Notes under the pieces: generated by a model
What the model was told of the DNA's origin: nothing
Databases searched by the model: none
Seen by the model: the letters and a program-made list of their open reading frames with translations, nothing else
Position numbers and translations under genes: made by a program
Assembly (NCBI RefSeq): GCF_001194135.2
Contig: NC_068990.1
Coordinates: 64,539,869-64,603,868, forward strand
Length of the DNA stretch: 64,000 nt
Direction of reading: 5' to 3'
Origin: Octopus bimaculoides
Lineage: Eukaryota
Part shown: one piece after another, positions 37,901 to 53,219 of the stretch
Position numbering within the stretch: position 1 is the first letter of the stretch
How the letters are laid out: every line of letters begins with the position of its first letter

Positions 37901-38401
37901 ACTATGCCTTTTCCATTTCATACAGCCTTTATTAAATGGAGTCTTGAAAATGGAAAGGTTAAAATAAAACACTTTTTTTGTATTCAGTAATGCATCTCTG
38001 TGTTCTCTGAGTTCAGAAAAAGTATCATCCATAGACCGGTTTGATTTGCTCAGAAATTTATGGCATTGTGCCAATTATTATAGGGCTCCAGGCAAGGTGT
38101 ATAACTTAGTTTGCCTTGGTTAATACTCCTATTTCATGGTTGAATGGTTAGAAGTAGGAAGGGCATCATACAGTATGCAAAGTTCAAATTTACATCCTGT
38201 TGGAATGTTATGACAACAATTACTTCTCTATGCAAATTGTGGCTGGTGTAGCAGGGTGTTGCATCTGTTTTGTGTGAAAATTAGTCAGTTAGGCTGGTGA
38301 AAGGAAATATAATTTAATAAGCGGATAAATTAAAAAAAAACTTTGAAGGTTGTGTTTATCATATACCAATAGTTCAGTTCATCTGGAATTATTATTATTA
38401 T

Positions 38402-38797
38402 TAAGGCAGCAAGCTGGCAAAATCATTAACACGCCAAGGAAAATGCTTAGTAGCATTTCCACTGTTTTCAGATTCTGTTGAGGTTGATAAAATAAGTTGA
38501 GTACTGGGGGTCGATGTAATCGACTAGTGCCCTCTCCCAAAATTCAGGACTTGTGCCTATAGTAGAAAGGATTATTATTAAGGCAGCGAGCTGGCAGAAT
38601 CATTACCACGCCAGGTGAAATGCTTAGTTAGTGCTATTTCATCTATTGCTACGTTCTGAGTTAAATTCTGCCGAGGTTGACTTTGCCTTTCATTCTTTCG
38701 GGGTCGTACTAGTGAAACACTGGGGTCAATGTGATCAACTAGTCCCCTCCACGCAAATTTTAGGCCTTGTGCTTATAGTGAAAATAATAATTATTTT

Positions 38798-38858
<61 letters not shown>

Positions 38859-39540
38859 TGTTGTTGTTGTTGTTGTTGTAGTAAGGCGGCAAGCTGGAAG
38901 GATCATTAACACACCAGGCACAATGCTTAGTGGCATTTTACATTCTGCATTCAAATTCTGCCAAAGTCAGCTTTACCTTTCATGCTCTAGGGGTCAATAA
39001 AATAAGTACCGTTTAGGCCCTGGGGTCGATGTAATTGACCCATTCCGTCTTCTAAACTTGCTGGCCTTATGCCAAAATTTGAAACCATTATTTAAGGTGG
39101 TTAACTGGCAGAATTGTTAGCATGCTGGATGAAATACTTCACGGTACTTCACCCGTCACTACGTTCTGAGTTCAAATTCCACTGAGGTTGACTTTGCCTT
39201 ACATCCTTTCGGGGTCGATAAATTATCAGTGAAACACTGGGGTTGATATAATCAACTCATCCCCTCTCCCGAAATGGCTGCCTTTGTGGCAAAATATGAA
39301 ACCATTATCATTATTATTATTAGGGTGGTGGACTGGCAGAATCATTTAGTGTCGGGCAAAATGTGTGATTACAGCTTTTACATTCTCAGTTTGAATCCTT
39401 CTCTGGTCCACCTCGCCTTTCAACCTCTTGTGAGTCAATGAAATGAAGTATAATTTAAGTATTGGGGTTGATATAATTGGCTAGCCTCTGCTACCAAAAT
39501 TCAGATTTTCATTCCTATGTTAGAAATTATTATTATTAAT
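38402..39540 (+). repeat. Head-to-tail array of five short tRNA-derived SINE copies separated by (ATT)n/(AGT)n
   Basis: The head aggc.g..agctggcagaatc recurs at about 38404, 38581, 38884, 39095 and 39322. Each copy ends in ...gaaa.attattatt. Inverse solo copies lie at about 54060-54295 and 14790-14980. Confidence 0.8.
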
Positions 39541-40761
39541 AGTACACTAAGGTATGTCAGTGCGTTGAACAAGATATTGAATAACACCAATTAGTGCCAA
39601 GTTTTGATCAGGCAAGAACCATGTTCTGTGCAGGTTGACTTCCTGAAACATATTTCACTAATCTAGTCATCAAAAGACTGGCTGGCTAACTGACTGGCTG
39701 ATCTGCCTGTTTTGTTTCTGTATGTTATAGCAGGCACTGAGAAGTGATTCAACAGTTAAGCACTTTTTTTTTTTTTTTCCAGCCTTTTGCCGTCATGTCA
39801 GTTAAATGAAGTTGTTAAAATTCAAAGGAATGGGGGTGGTAAAGTCAATACAGTACAAAGAAAACAAAATCAGAGAGAATAGATTAGATTAGATTACTGA
39901 AGACAAGTGTTAGATTTTTTTTTTTTATCTTTGGTTTAAAATGATTAAAATTGTAATAGTTGGTCATTTTTACTGTTAATTTATCTTTTATTAGATTCCT
40001 TCCCTAGCTAACCCTTTAGTGTTCAGATTAATTTGTCAAGTGTAATGCTTATCTGTTCACATTAATTTTGATTTATTCAGGTTCAAGTGGGGTGTCCACA
40101 ATATTTGCTTGTAACTTTGTTAATTTTCTACATACAGAATTGAAATTTTGTAAATGGGTGCTTATAGGCCAGTGGTTTATAATTACGTAATTTTAGCTGA
40201 TCTTTCTGACTAAATTTGCCTTTTATGAGCAGGTAAATTTAATTAACAGGTGTAAAAACAATAACATTATGAATAAACACTAAAATTCATATTCTTAATA
40301 CATCTTACCTGCTTGGTTTGCTGCTAGAATTATCCCAGATGTCAACCGCCAACAATTTTACATTTTTCAAGATGAGGTACATTAATTTGAATTAATTAAA
40401 ATACAGGTGTAATTGGTAGAAGATTTTACTCTTTTTCTACATTTCATTCAAACGTTATCATTGAAAATAAAGTACAAAACTATTTTACTAGTCAATATAC
40501 CATTGGCTATGCACTCTTTTACTAGTCAATATACCATTGGCTATGCACTCTTATACAATTTAACGAATTCATTTACGTAACAGAATGCATCTAATAAAAA
40601 AAATCTCATTAACAGGTGAGGCAAAGGGGAATATAGGTGTGTAACATACTTGAAATTAATTGTAATAGTTGGTCATTTTTACAGTTAATTTATCTTTTAT
40701 TAGATTCCTTCCCTAGGTCCATCCTAAACTAGTATTTGTAGGATGTTTCATGTTAGTGTGG

Positions 40762-40991
40762 TTTTACTATCAGACATGTGAAGATTTGGTAAATGAATCA
40801 ATTCAGTTATCACTCTGAGTCTCTAGTAAAAGACATATGTGCAAGGTACTGCAGTCTCTTCCCCACTCAGTTGTGCCCACACAGACATTCATTCATGATA
40901 AGCCATGTGAGTTTTAGGAGCTAAAAATCAGCTGCTTGAGTGACAACTGAATTCATTCATTTACCAAATCTTCATATGTCTGATAGTAAAA
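40762..40991. repeat. Inverted repeat with about 54-bp arms (probable MITE)
   Basis: ttttactatcagacatgtgaagatttggtaaatgaat... pairs with ...attcatttaccaaatcttcatatgtctgatagtaaaa with few mismatches. Confidence 0.7.
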
Positions 40992-41095
40992 GCTTTTGGT
41001 GTTAAGGTGTGGTGTTTGCCAGAGCTGCAATACATTTAGGTTATTTATGTAAATATGAATTTCAGACAACTCTAAAGCCTTTAGAAATGTGCATG

Positions 41096-41126
<31 letters not shown>

Positions 41127-41168
41127 ATATTTATATATATATTTTTTTTTTTTTTTTTNNNNNNNNNN

Positions 41169-41231
<63 letters not shown>

Positions 41232-43564
41232 TTCTATCTCCGTCTCTCTTTCTCTCCATCTCTCGCTCTCTCTCCGCCCCTCTCTCTCTCTCCGCCTCTC
41301 TAACTCTCTATCTAAAAATAAGCCCTATTATATTTTGAATTATCTTGTTGCTAAGCAATGAGCCTGTTCTGCTTTGGCCCCTTCTCTCCATACTTTTACC
41401 TTCAGTATGTATAAGGTTGCTCCCTTGGATTTTGTAATCTTGCAAGTTGCATGGCAATCTCACTGATGCTGGTGGCACAGGAAGGAAGACCCAGTATAAA
41501 CTGTAAAGTGGTTAGCATTAGGAAGGACGTCCAACCATAGAAACCATGCCAAAGCAGACAGTGGAGCACAATGCAGTCTTTGAACATATCAGACCCAGTC
41601 CAATTTTCAACCCATGCCAGCATAGAACATGGACATTGAAGATGATGATGATATTGCTCATAGTGTAGTTTGTACTTAGATTTGTTAAACTCCAAACTGA
41701 TCTGCGTCTCTCCTAATTAATTAATTCTTTTTTTTAAGTTAATAGAAATGTAAATAATCTGAAACTTTTCATGAATATCAATCCCATTACGTCTGAAATA
41801 TATTTGTTTATCTGGACTTGTTTGACTTGTTTCTGTAGTACAAGACTGAATACATGTTTTAAGCTATTAGTGGCTCAAATCTTTTCCTTTTTATTTTAAT
41901 TTCTTGAATGTTTTCACTGTTGGGGCTGCTGAAAACTTTCCAAAGCCAAATCTGTTATAACAAATTTTATAGACATTTCCAAATGTCATTTTTGATAAAA
42001 ACCAACGATATTTGTATCTTTATTTATTTAGGATTTTTATATCGTTGTGTTAAATCAAACATTTTTTCACTTTATAAAACTTTAGAACCACTATCAGGAT
42101 GTGTGAAGGTTTTGAAACCTCTTCATTTCAATATTAGCCAAAAGCATCATCTTTGGCTGAATAGTCTATGTATTTAGGCATCCAACTCATCTGTTATAAT
42201 ATTAAATTGTATAAAACAATTCAAATTGAACATCAACTGAATGAATAAATTCAGTGGTAAAAGACACCAATGCTGGTGACATGTAAATCGCATCCATGCC
42301 AGTAATACGTAAAATGCACCCGTACCGGTGATGTGTAAAACGCACCCATGCCAGTGACGTGTAAAGCGCATCCAGCACACTCTGTGGAATGGTTTGCATT
42401 AGGGCATCCAGCCATAGATACCAAGGCAAAACAGAACAGAGCCCAGTGCAGCTTACCAGCTCTAGTCAAACCATCTTACCCATGGTCGCATGGAAAACGA
42501 TGCTAAATGATGACGATAAGTGGTAACACATTCTTAGTACTTGCACTTTTCACCCATCCCTTTTCTACCCAACTCACATGTACTTCACCACCTACCTTCC
42601 CATACACAATAGAACCTTGCTTATACCACTCTTGTAACATCACAGAACTACCATCACACATTTATTCTCAACTATCACACTTCATTCCTTTTTCACTCAT
42701 ACATGCATAAACATAGGTTGCAGATATTTTAATCCACTACATTCTCCAATACTTTATCATGCTGGCATGATTCCATACGATTTGGGTGTCTTTCCTGTCA
42801 CCAACCCTCCCTTCTGAGTAAGGTCTTTCATTTCCCTAGTTTTTTAGATGATGAGCCTGAAGGGTGATATTGTCTTCTCACCTTAAACGTACACAATGTC
42901 AAGATGCATATGAGGAAAACACACACACACACATAGACGCATATACATCTATACAGATTGAAGCTAAACACGCTGACACACAAGCATAGTTGCAAACTTT
43001 GCACATGTATACACCCACTCACACACACACACACACACAATTTAACTTTACACCAACACATACTCATTTATCACCTCCCTATTAAATACACTTTCACCTA
43101 CCTTGTCCTTACACATACATTACACTTCATAGCATACCACACACACCTCATAAATGTGACACTAAATATGTCTTTGATAGATTATATAATGTTTCACAGA
43201 TTGCTGAACTGACACTTGAGAAAGCATTAAACTAAATTAATATTAACTCTGATTCAATGTTAAGTTTTAGCTTATTGGTGAGGTTCTGTTTTGTTCTCGT
43301 AATTATTACTAATTACAATCTCTATTGTTGGACTTAGTGAGGTTGATAGATTTGGTGGCGGAGGGAGTCACATGTATACATAATAATGCATAAAGAAATT
43401 ACAGGTGTGGAAGTGAGGACTGGAATCAAAAGGCCTCAGAGTTAATTTTGCAAAACCCGAAGTACTAGTAAGCAGAAAAACAGACAAATTAGTAACTACT
43501 TCAGTAAAATGGCTCTGCTCTCTATGTAAAGTTGTAAGTAGAAATTCCATGCAGTATACTTAGT

Positions 43565-44235
43565 GCAAACTATGGACTCATGAGAGATGCAGTGGAATCG
43601 CAGGAAGGTTAACAGAAAGTAGCCTTTGTGTGGCAGATGTGCAGGAATAATAAACACTAAGAACACCTAAGAAATAGATTTTCTCAAAACGCCCAGGGTG
43701 ATCCTTAGAGTTAGTATATAGTTTTTGTTACCTCGTCAACCAAATTAGCAGTGGAAGAGAATGCTCTGAAAGCATCGTTACTAGAATAAGAACCAGCTAG
43801 GCATTGTTCAGTGAGCTATTATCTTTTGGCTTTTCCCTCAGAGTGAAAGGCAGATTTATGATGTCTGTATGAACAACCATATCAGTAAAACATGGGTTGT
43901 GAAGGCTTGAAAGAAATGAAGTCACCATCCTTTGCTGGATGTGCAATGTCAGTGTTCATGTATGATAAAGTGTTTTGAGAGAAAAATTGGGTATGATAAG
44001 CATCAGATGTAGTGTGCAAAAAAGAGAAGATTGCACTGATATGGTCATGTGATGTGTATGGATGAAGGCAGCTGTATAGAGAAGTATTGATCTCTAAATG
44101 TGAAGGGGACCTGTAAAAGTGGAAGACTTAGGAAGATGTGGGACAAAGTGTTGAGAAATGATCAATCTTTAGTTGTTGAGCTTCACAGAGGAGATAGCAA
44201 AGACAATTGGCAGTTTGCTGTGCTTGAGAAGATCT
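43565..44235 (+). mobile_element. Degenerate RTE-like LINE 3' fragment
   Basis: Homologous to 990-1620, e.g. aataaacactaagaacac..aagaaatagattttctcaaaa shared. Confidence 0.65.
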
Positions 44236-45344
44236 GTCCAGCTAAGTAAAATCAAGCCCATAAAGGCATATCATTTGTGTCCATGCCCCCACACATTCTG
44301 TCATTGAGATAACTCTTCCCCACGTTCCACATTCTCAATATTCCCTCCTCCCCCTACACACACCTGAATTCATCATACCTATGTTCATTCCTCCCCCTAT
44401 CTTCCACTTGCCTTTGAGAAGCTACCTGCAAACGATGTGTCCCTATCAAATCTCTTCCCCACAACACACCCTACTAATGCCCCTCACTCTATGTACCTCT
44501 CCTTTCTTCCATCTTCCACTCCCCTTTTGGAATTTCACCCACCCAATCCAATCCCTTTTCCACTTATATACTCCTTGTAACTTAGGTGTATCTTCACCAT
44601 CTCTCTCTTTCTCTCCAACTGAGGTAGCCATGTATTTCTATATCTCTTCTACTGCAAAACACCAATTTCTGACCCTCTATTCATATCTTAATTTCTCATT
44701 AACTGGCACTAAGCCAACTGCCTCAATACTACTACTCCTCCCCTATTGAGGAGTTCATGTCTTGCAAGTTACTTGGTGACCTCACTGCTGCTGGTGCCAC
44801 ATAAATAAACATACAATACACTTTGTGAAGTGGATGGCATTAGGAAGGATATCCAGCCATAGAAACCATGCCAAAACAGATTGTAGAGCTTAGTGCAATC
44901 TTCTGACTTGCCAGTTCCTATCAAACCATCCAGCCTGGGAGGAGGCCATTAAATGATGATGATGGCATACATGTATATAAAATCTTTTTTGTTTCACACA
45001 CTCACTACAGCCATCTTTGGGTATTGCCTTGAAGAGTTTTTATTAATCCTATTGATTCTAAACTTGTAAAAGTTTGGTACTAATCTTAGAAATCTCTCTC
45101 TCACTCTCTCCATAGATTAGATAGGTAGATTGCCTAATAGATACAGGGTGCAAGCTAGGCTGTGTGGTAAGAAATATACTTCCCAGCTCTAACATGGTTT
45201 CAAATTTAGTTCCATTGTATCTCTGCATGGTACCTTGGGTGAGTGTCTTCTGCTATGGCCTCAGGCTGACCAAACAAACCTTTGTTAATAGATTTAGTAA
45301 GTAAACGAAAACTGAAAGATGCCCATCATATATATGTGTGTATG

Positions 45345-45386
<42 letters not shown>

Positions 45387-45763
45387 NNNNNNNNNNNNNN
45401 NNNNNNNNNNNNNNNNNNNNNNNNNNNNNNNNNNNNNNNNNNNNNNNNNNNNNNNNNNNNNNNNNNNNNNNNNNNNNNNNNNNNNNNNNNNNNNNNNNNN
45501 NNNNNNNNNNNNNNNNNNNNNNNNNNNNNNNNNNNNNNNNNNNNNNNNNNNNNNNNNNNNNNNNNNNNNNNNNNNNNNNNNNNNNNNNNNNNNNNNNNNN
45601 NNNNNNNNNNNNNNNNNNNNNNNNNNNNNNNNNNNNNNNNNNNNNNNNNNNNNNNNNNNNNNNNNNNNNNNNNNNNNNNNNNNNNNNNNNNNNNNNNNNN
45701 NNNNNNNNNNNNNNNNNNNNNNNNNNNNNNNNNNNNNNNNNNNNNNNNNNNNNNNNNNNNNNN

Positions 45764-45807
<44 letters not shown>

Positions 45808-47049
45808 CAAATTTACAGAAAACAAAAGATGAAGATGGGTGTAGGAACAACAAAATGGGGAAGTGTATTAGTTTAAAACTGCAAATTATCACAAAACTGT
45901 TACTCAGTTTCACATTGGTCAGACAGTTGTGATGAAAAATGAATTGAAATTGTGATCACAATTTTAATTCAGTTTTCATCACAACTGTCCAACGAGTAGG
46001 AAAGTGAAACTCTGAGTAATAGTTTTATGACAATTTTGCAACTTGAATAAAAGTGTATGTGTGTGTATATATACAAACACACACACACACACTAATACAT
46101 ATGAACATACGTACTCATACAAATTTGCATTATCTGTTTTGGACTTTTTACCAGTCAGTTTTATAAAGTATATTGTTTTTAGCCCTTTGTTAGTTTTGGT
46201 GGTCAGCCTGATGTGCTCCTGAGTTTTTTGGCATTTTCTACACTGTGTGTGTGCATGCGCACACACACACACAAATGAAAAGAAATGGAGTAACAATTAA
46301 CAATTAGAAGTTGATCATTGGTATTAAANNNNNNNNNNAAGAACATGAGTGTAAGGGCATCACAGATTAGTTTACTTCACTACTTTCTCAACATTTTACT
46401 GCTTCTGTCATTAAAAATAGAATTCTGTGGTAACTTTCATTTCTCTGGCATTGTGACTTGTCATGATGATGCCAACAAACACTGATAAGAATTACCAAAT
46501 CTGTTTTCTAATAACTCTTTTATTTGTTTGTTTGTTTCCTAATGGAGTGGGTCTGGGTTGTCTCTATTTATAATTTGTCTGCTACCTCATTCCTTTCCTG
46601 GTCCTTTTGTTATCAACATGTCTGGTAGGGGCCTTGCTGCTGGATTATTATAATGCTAGTATTACTCATCTTATAAGATCTACTGAAGGAGGGAACATAT
46701 TTAAGGGAGGGGTGCACTTAAAGATGTGTATTCCATCTTTTTTTTTTATATATATATATAACAGAGATAGAAGAATTAGACTTGGGTTTTTTTTTCTTTT
46801 TTCTTTCTCTTAGATAAGTTGCGATAAGAAATCCTATGTTAATATGTATCTAACTTTTACTATCTCAGAGCAATGTAGGTAATCTCACTTTCCTCACCTC
46901 CACCACATAGCATGAGGATTGTGTGTATTATGATAGTCTTGTATGCCTGTTCCTCCCCCTGTCTTACTGCTCTTGCTTCCTTCTCCTCCCCTTTCTCTCC
47001 TCTTCCCTCTTCCCCCTTTCTGTTGTAAGTTTGGAGACCAAAGAAGGGG

Positions 47050-47088
<39 letters not shown>

Positions 47089-49256
47089 TAATCAGAAAGA
47101 GAAATAGAAGGTTAGGAAATAGCTGAACCTTCTGGGTCCCTTAATGTGAAATTAAGTTCATTAACATAAAGCTAATGACCATTTGTCAGTTTCTGAATCT
47201 CAGTTGTAACTTGTTTCTCATTATTTTTCTTGAGAATGCCCATGCTGATTTGACGCATGTTGTGTGTGTGTGGTCGGACATGAAGTTAAATTTAATATGT
47301 CTGTGCATGTAGTTTAAAAGTCCTTAGAAACAACAATATTGTTCCATGGTGTTGCGAGAATGTTCTGATGTGATTAAAACTAGCAGTTTGATTATTTATG
47401 CATTTAGTCTATTACCATCATGCACTGCAGATGGAATATGTTGGCCTTGTGCATTCAAATAAATAAGGCAATGTTATTGTGTGCATGTGACTTGCATTTT
47501 ATGAAGAGATGAATGATGAGAACATAACTTTCGACCTTGAAGTTTTCAAAACAGAGTCTGAAAAGGATGTATTATAGGTTTTAAGAGCAGTGATGAATGT
47601 AAGATTATGTAACATTGTTGTTTTTAGAATATTCTTTGAGATTTGTCGTGATAAGGAAGGAAGTAAGCTAAATGGCTCATCATATCTTTATATGTTATCT
47701 CTACTAAAATAGTCTTCTGTTTTTCTTATTCACTCTTCATTTTCCATGTTGAATCTTTAATTAGGTGGGTTGATTTGGTTTGTCTTTAATATCTCGGGGG
47801 AAAAAATGGGTTCTGCTCCAGGGTTGGCTGACCTCATGCTATGCCTCTTGTCAAACACAACTAAATCACTTGTCTAGCCTCTCATATTGTCTCCACTTTC
47901 TTCAGGCATCATGCTAACCACTATTCAGTCTTTCCTGCTCTCCTGTTTGTTTGTTTTTTTCTTAAGCACTTGACTTGCAGTTGTTCCACACACGCACATT
48001 AGCTTTTTAGCATTCAAATTTCTCTATCAAATGTAATACTTATTTATTAACATTTGAAAAAAAAAAAATTTTCATGCATTAATCTTATAGCTTTGAGATT
48101 TTAATGATGTGATTTGTTTTTAGAATGACTTTGTAGGGTAGGTGTGAGAGGCCTGATCTGGTCAGTTTGAACATAAAACAAGGTAGAATATTTGGGCCTG
48201 ATATGGCCAGTTTGAATCCTAAAGAGTTATATAATTGTGTCTTCTCACAATTTCAGACAGCTTGCAAAGGCCATGGGCACCCAGTCCTTTTCCTTCAGAC
48301 CAATCAAAAAATGTTTAATTATTTTAATGTACATAACACAAGTATTCACCACACAATATGAAAATAATTCCAATTATAGTTAGTCTGGTGCCAGTCATGA
48401 CTGACTCTTTAAATTACTTAAGTGTTTATGTATATGCAGTTTCCAATAGGCACTCACAGGGATGTATATACATCCCCTGTGAATGCCTGTTAGGAACTTC
48501 AGTGCTTTAGTTTATGAAACCATAGAGACACACACACACACATTTAGCTCATTCAGTGTCTTTGGAAGAAGGGTTTCTAAAATAACATGGATGCATTCAA
48601 AGTTGCTGAAAATTGTGAATGAAATGGAGAGGTCCTGCACAGCTGTGAACAGAAAAAGTGAATATAATGTGGAAATGAGACTGAAAATAAAGTAAAAGAA
48701 AAAAGTAAGAGCAATGATGCTTGGTCTCTTTCTGGGTTAATTACTGGGATACTGAAGATATCAAATAGATTGATACCATACAGGTTATTTGTTTAGTAAA
48801 TCATACTGCAGGGGAAAGTATTCTCAAGTAATTGATGCAGCAGTAGAGAAGATGATCACAAGTTTTGAGGTAAAGGCCCTAATCAGGAAGATAAGTGATA
48901 ATTAAATTGCTGCAGAATAGAAATGGTTAGAAGACTGAGAGTGTGGATAAAAGACATGTAGTAAGAGTGACAGACAAAACTGAATAATAGGATCTTTTCT
49001 CTTTTACTCGTTTCAGCCATTAGTGTAGCCATGCTGGGGCAACACATTCAAGAACTTTTAGTCAAATGAATCAAGCCCAGTGCTTTTTTTTTTTGTTTTA
49101 AAGCCTGGTACTTATTCTGTCAGTCTCTTTTGCCAAACTGCTAAGTTATGGGGACATTGAACACACCAGCATTGGTTGTCAAGTGGTGGTGGTGGTGGCG
49201 GTAGACAAACTGACACAGACTCGCACACATATGCAGGTGTATGTTATTTATGTATA

Positions 49257-49310
<54 letters not shown>

Positions 49311-52300
49311 AAGTTCCTGTACTTGATAAGATGCATCAGCTTAAGTAAAATTGCAGTATTTCACACATACAGACTTGTCCTTTCTGGTGTTGGTGCCACA
49401 TTAAAAGCACCCATGCCAGTGATGTGTAAAATTACCTATGCTGGTGGCACATGAAAAGCACCCAGCACACTCTGTTAAGTGGTTCACATTAGAAAGGGCA
49501 TCCAGCTGTAGAAATTATGCCACAACAGACAGTTGGAGTCTGGACATCTCCCAGGTGGCCAACTCCATGTCAAACCATCCAACTCATGCCAACATGGAAA
49601 GCAGACGTAAAATGATGATGATGAGATATATACACACAAACACACACTCTCTCTCCTTCTCTCATACCCACACACGACTGGCTAGTTTCCATCTACTAAA
49701 TCCACTCAACAAGGCTTTGGTCGGCCTGAGGCTATAGTAGCAGACACTTGCCCAAGGTGCCATGCAGTGGGACTGAACCTACAATCATGTGGTTGGGAAG
49801 CAAGCAAACTTCTTACCACACAGCCACACCTGGTAGGAGAGGAAGAATCGGAAGAGAGAGTGATTGATGATAGATGTTGGTAGAAGTTTAAAATAGAAAA
49901 CAGGAGCAGCATGAGGGGATAGCAATAATGACATTTCTTCTTCAAAGGGATGATGGATAACAAATTGGTGATGGTAAATGTGAATAGTTGATATCAACTA
50001 GAAATGAGGGAAGAGGGGATGATGGTTAAGTGGCAGAGGCAAACATTAGGGGTACTGAATACAGATACTTTTAATGCCATCCTTGGATATACAGGTGTTG
50101 TGATGGAAGAGAGGCAGAGTTATAGAGGGATGATGGTGGGAGACTAGTTGAATGGTAGTGTGTTGGTGGAAGTTTTGGATAGAAATTGATCAAATGTCCA
50201 CCTTTGTTAGATAAATAGCACAGTGAATAGGCAGGTTTAATGAAATATTATACATTACAATCCCCACCATCACAGTTACTTTAAATAGCACCAGTAGGTA
50301 GATCTCTAGTACCATGCGTTAGCCTTCATTGTGGTCCGTTGTCATTTTCATCAGGTTCGAATTCGGTTTACACCACTTTGTCCCTTGACTCATTTCTCCA
50401 CAGAATCTTTACACTTCATAATCTCAGTATTTGTTTATATACTTGGCATCCATATGCATCGCATGTATGTCAGTGCAGTTTTCTTCCTTGCACACTACAC
50501 TCAATTCCTCTTATATCCAGCTTCACTCTCAGCTCATTTATGCTTTAGTATTACATTCACCAACATTACACATCCAACAGTTATGTTATCTGAAAAAAGG
50601 GACATTAAAATGGTAGTGGGCATGGTGTTGGCAGTGATTTTTATACATGTAATTTCCTCTAAGGGTTTGTATTTGCACTGGGTTTGTGTAAAAGATAAAA
50701 CAACACCTTCAAATTTTCACTTTTAATTTATAAAAATACTTTTAAAAGGTCAAGTACTATTTCTATGAAAAGTGTATGAAAAGTTTTTTGACATTGGGTG
50801 AGAGAAAGCAGGAATAAAGAAAGCAACAACAGAAGGAAGGGAATGAGAAATGAAAATAAGGAAGAATAAAAATAAATCCCTGTTAATTTGAGAAGTGGTT
50901 CTGATGATATTCCTCATCACCCTCTAATCTTTTGGAACAGCTAGCTACTGACATACGTTTTTCTAATTTCCCCCACTACTCTTTTAAAGCAATTGAATTT
51001 CTGGGATTTTTATGGAGCAAGATATCCAGGTGGATAGATTAACAAAGTAAGTACAGTGACTGCGATTTATATTTCTGTAATAAGGTCAACAAGCTTCCCT
51101 GAATATATTGGTAAAGACAGAAAATAATATTGCGGAAGAGAAAATAGGGTGAACTGTAGATTGGCGTATTTGTGTTTCTAGATAGATTCCTCATTGTTAT
51201 ATGAATGAAGTTGAGGTGTGGTTTGAGAAAGGAAGCAGAATTTTAGGGTTATTTCCAGATGTACTTGTGTATCTTTGTTTCTTCTTTTTTTTTCCTATGT
51301 AAATAAAGTGTGTGTGTGTGTGTAATGAGAGCAATGTATCTGTTGTTGCTGATATGAACATTGCTATTTGTGTTGTTGTTTAGCTGTTAATTTGTTGCAA
51401 GGAAGTTCTTGAAAAGAAGGAATTTCATAGACTATAGGGGAGTACAGCCAAACCTAACCATAACTGCCACCAAACTATCACTGCAACTCCTTTCTCCCTT
51501 TCTTTACACTTGTATGTTATCCCCTTTTTATAGCATTGAATGGAATATATGGGCAATGACATGGAACTTGACAGGTCGATAGGAGATGGGTTAATACAGA
51601 TATCACATGTATATGTAGGAAGATATAGAAAGACATTTAGATAGATAGTTGGAGCTGGTTGATTCAAGCTGTCAAAACCCTTGAGAGTGACAATGAAATA
51701 ACAATAGCAGAAAAGAATGTGTGACTAAGTTTTCAGGAATGATATCATTGAATCTTAGAATTATCAAATTGGATTTGAGCAGATTACATGTTCAAACTGG
51801 AGTCTTAGTTGAATACTGAATGCTCTTACAGTCAGCAATAACAATAAGAGGAACAATGGCATTTTTTCTGGAATTCACAGCTTATCTGTTTCCATTAAAT
51901 TCAAATATAATCAAGAATTTGGAAGGATTTAGTAAAATAACTTTCTCCATTAAGTCAGTGTTTGGAAAATTTTAATGAAAGGATCTCGCATAAAACAAGC
52001 GAATGCAAAAGCTCTTCTTTGGTTGCTAGGTCTGCTAGAAATAGCTACCACATCTCTTGCAAACCATGTGCTACTGATTTTAAGACAGTGGACAATGTTG
52101 TCTGAGGTACACTGTCTGTATGTTTAAAATAATCATCATTTAATGTTTGTTTTTCATGCTGGCATGGGTTGGACAGCTTGACAAGCTAGCAAGATCAGGG
52201 CCACACATGGCTCATTGTCTGTTTTGGCAGTGTTTCTACAACTGGATAGTCTTCCTAATGCCAGAGTGTGCTGACTACTTTTTACATAACCTCAGGTACA

Positions 52301-52366
52301 GTGCTTTTTACATGGCACCAGGTTTTTGATCATAAGTTTTCTCAATCAGGATTGACCTGATGCTAG

Positions 52367-52406
<40 letters not shown>

Positions 52407-52997
52407 CAAAAATATTCCAGTGATTTCAGTGTGACTTCATTTCAAATCCATGAAATAACAATGTGAAATTTTAATTTCTACTTGTGCACTCAATTTCTGC
52501 TTTATATACAAAATTAGAGCATCCATTTTGAGTTCTCATTAATTATTACGTTAGAAACAGCAACAATATCAGAAATAGAAGCAAGCTGGCTAAACTGGTG
52601 TCTTACTGAATTTGACTTGAGGTGTAGTGCTGAATAACATTTGGCAAGATGTTATTGTACAATTTGTGGCACTTGGCTTTTCTTGATTGTTGATAACTTG
52701 AACATTATGTTCACAGTTTTTACTTGATGTGAGAGAATTTTGAAATGTCAAGTCTGAAAGTTGTTATTTGAATTGTGGTATCTTGGAGATGTTAGTGATA
52801 GAATTTGGAACTTGAATTCTCAATCACTGCACTCTTGTCAAGAACAAAAATAGTCACATTATTTAAACAGAAGTCAGGGTCAATCTTCTTTAGAGGATTG
52901 TTAGGGGTTGTTGTTTTTGTTTTCATTTCATTTAGATCATCAGATGAAGTTTGTCTTTGGATAACTCCTTTACAGCCACAGATTATCATCTGCATGT

Positions 52998-53029
<32 letters not shown>

Positions 53030-53219
53030 TCTTAACCCATGTTTAACTCTCTAGGATTTAAACTAGCCATATCCTGCCCAAATATTGTACATGTTGTACA
53101 TTCAAACTGGCCATATCAAACCTCTCACACCTGCACTACACTGACACTTGAAAAATAATTACATCATTAAAACCTCAAAACTACAAGATAGTGCAAGTGC
53201 ATGATTAATTCAAAGCAGT

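Noticed and set aside
45253-45932. Long ORFs spanning N runs and (TA)n tracts (also 25937-26560, 41009-41361 and 61991-62339)
   Set aside because: Artefacts of gaps and microsatellites translated as X or YI repeats.
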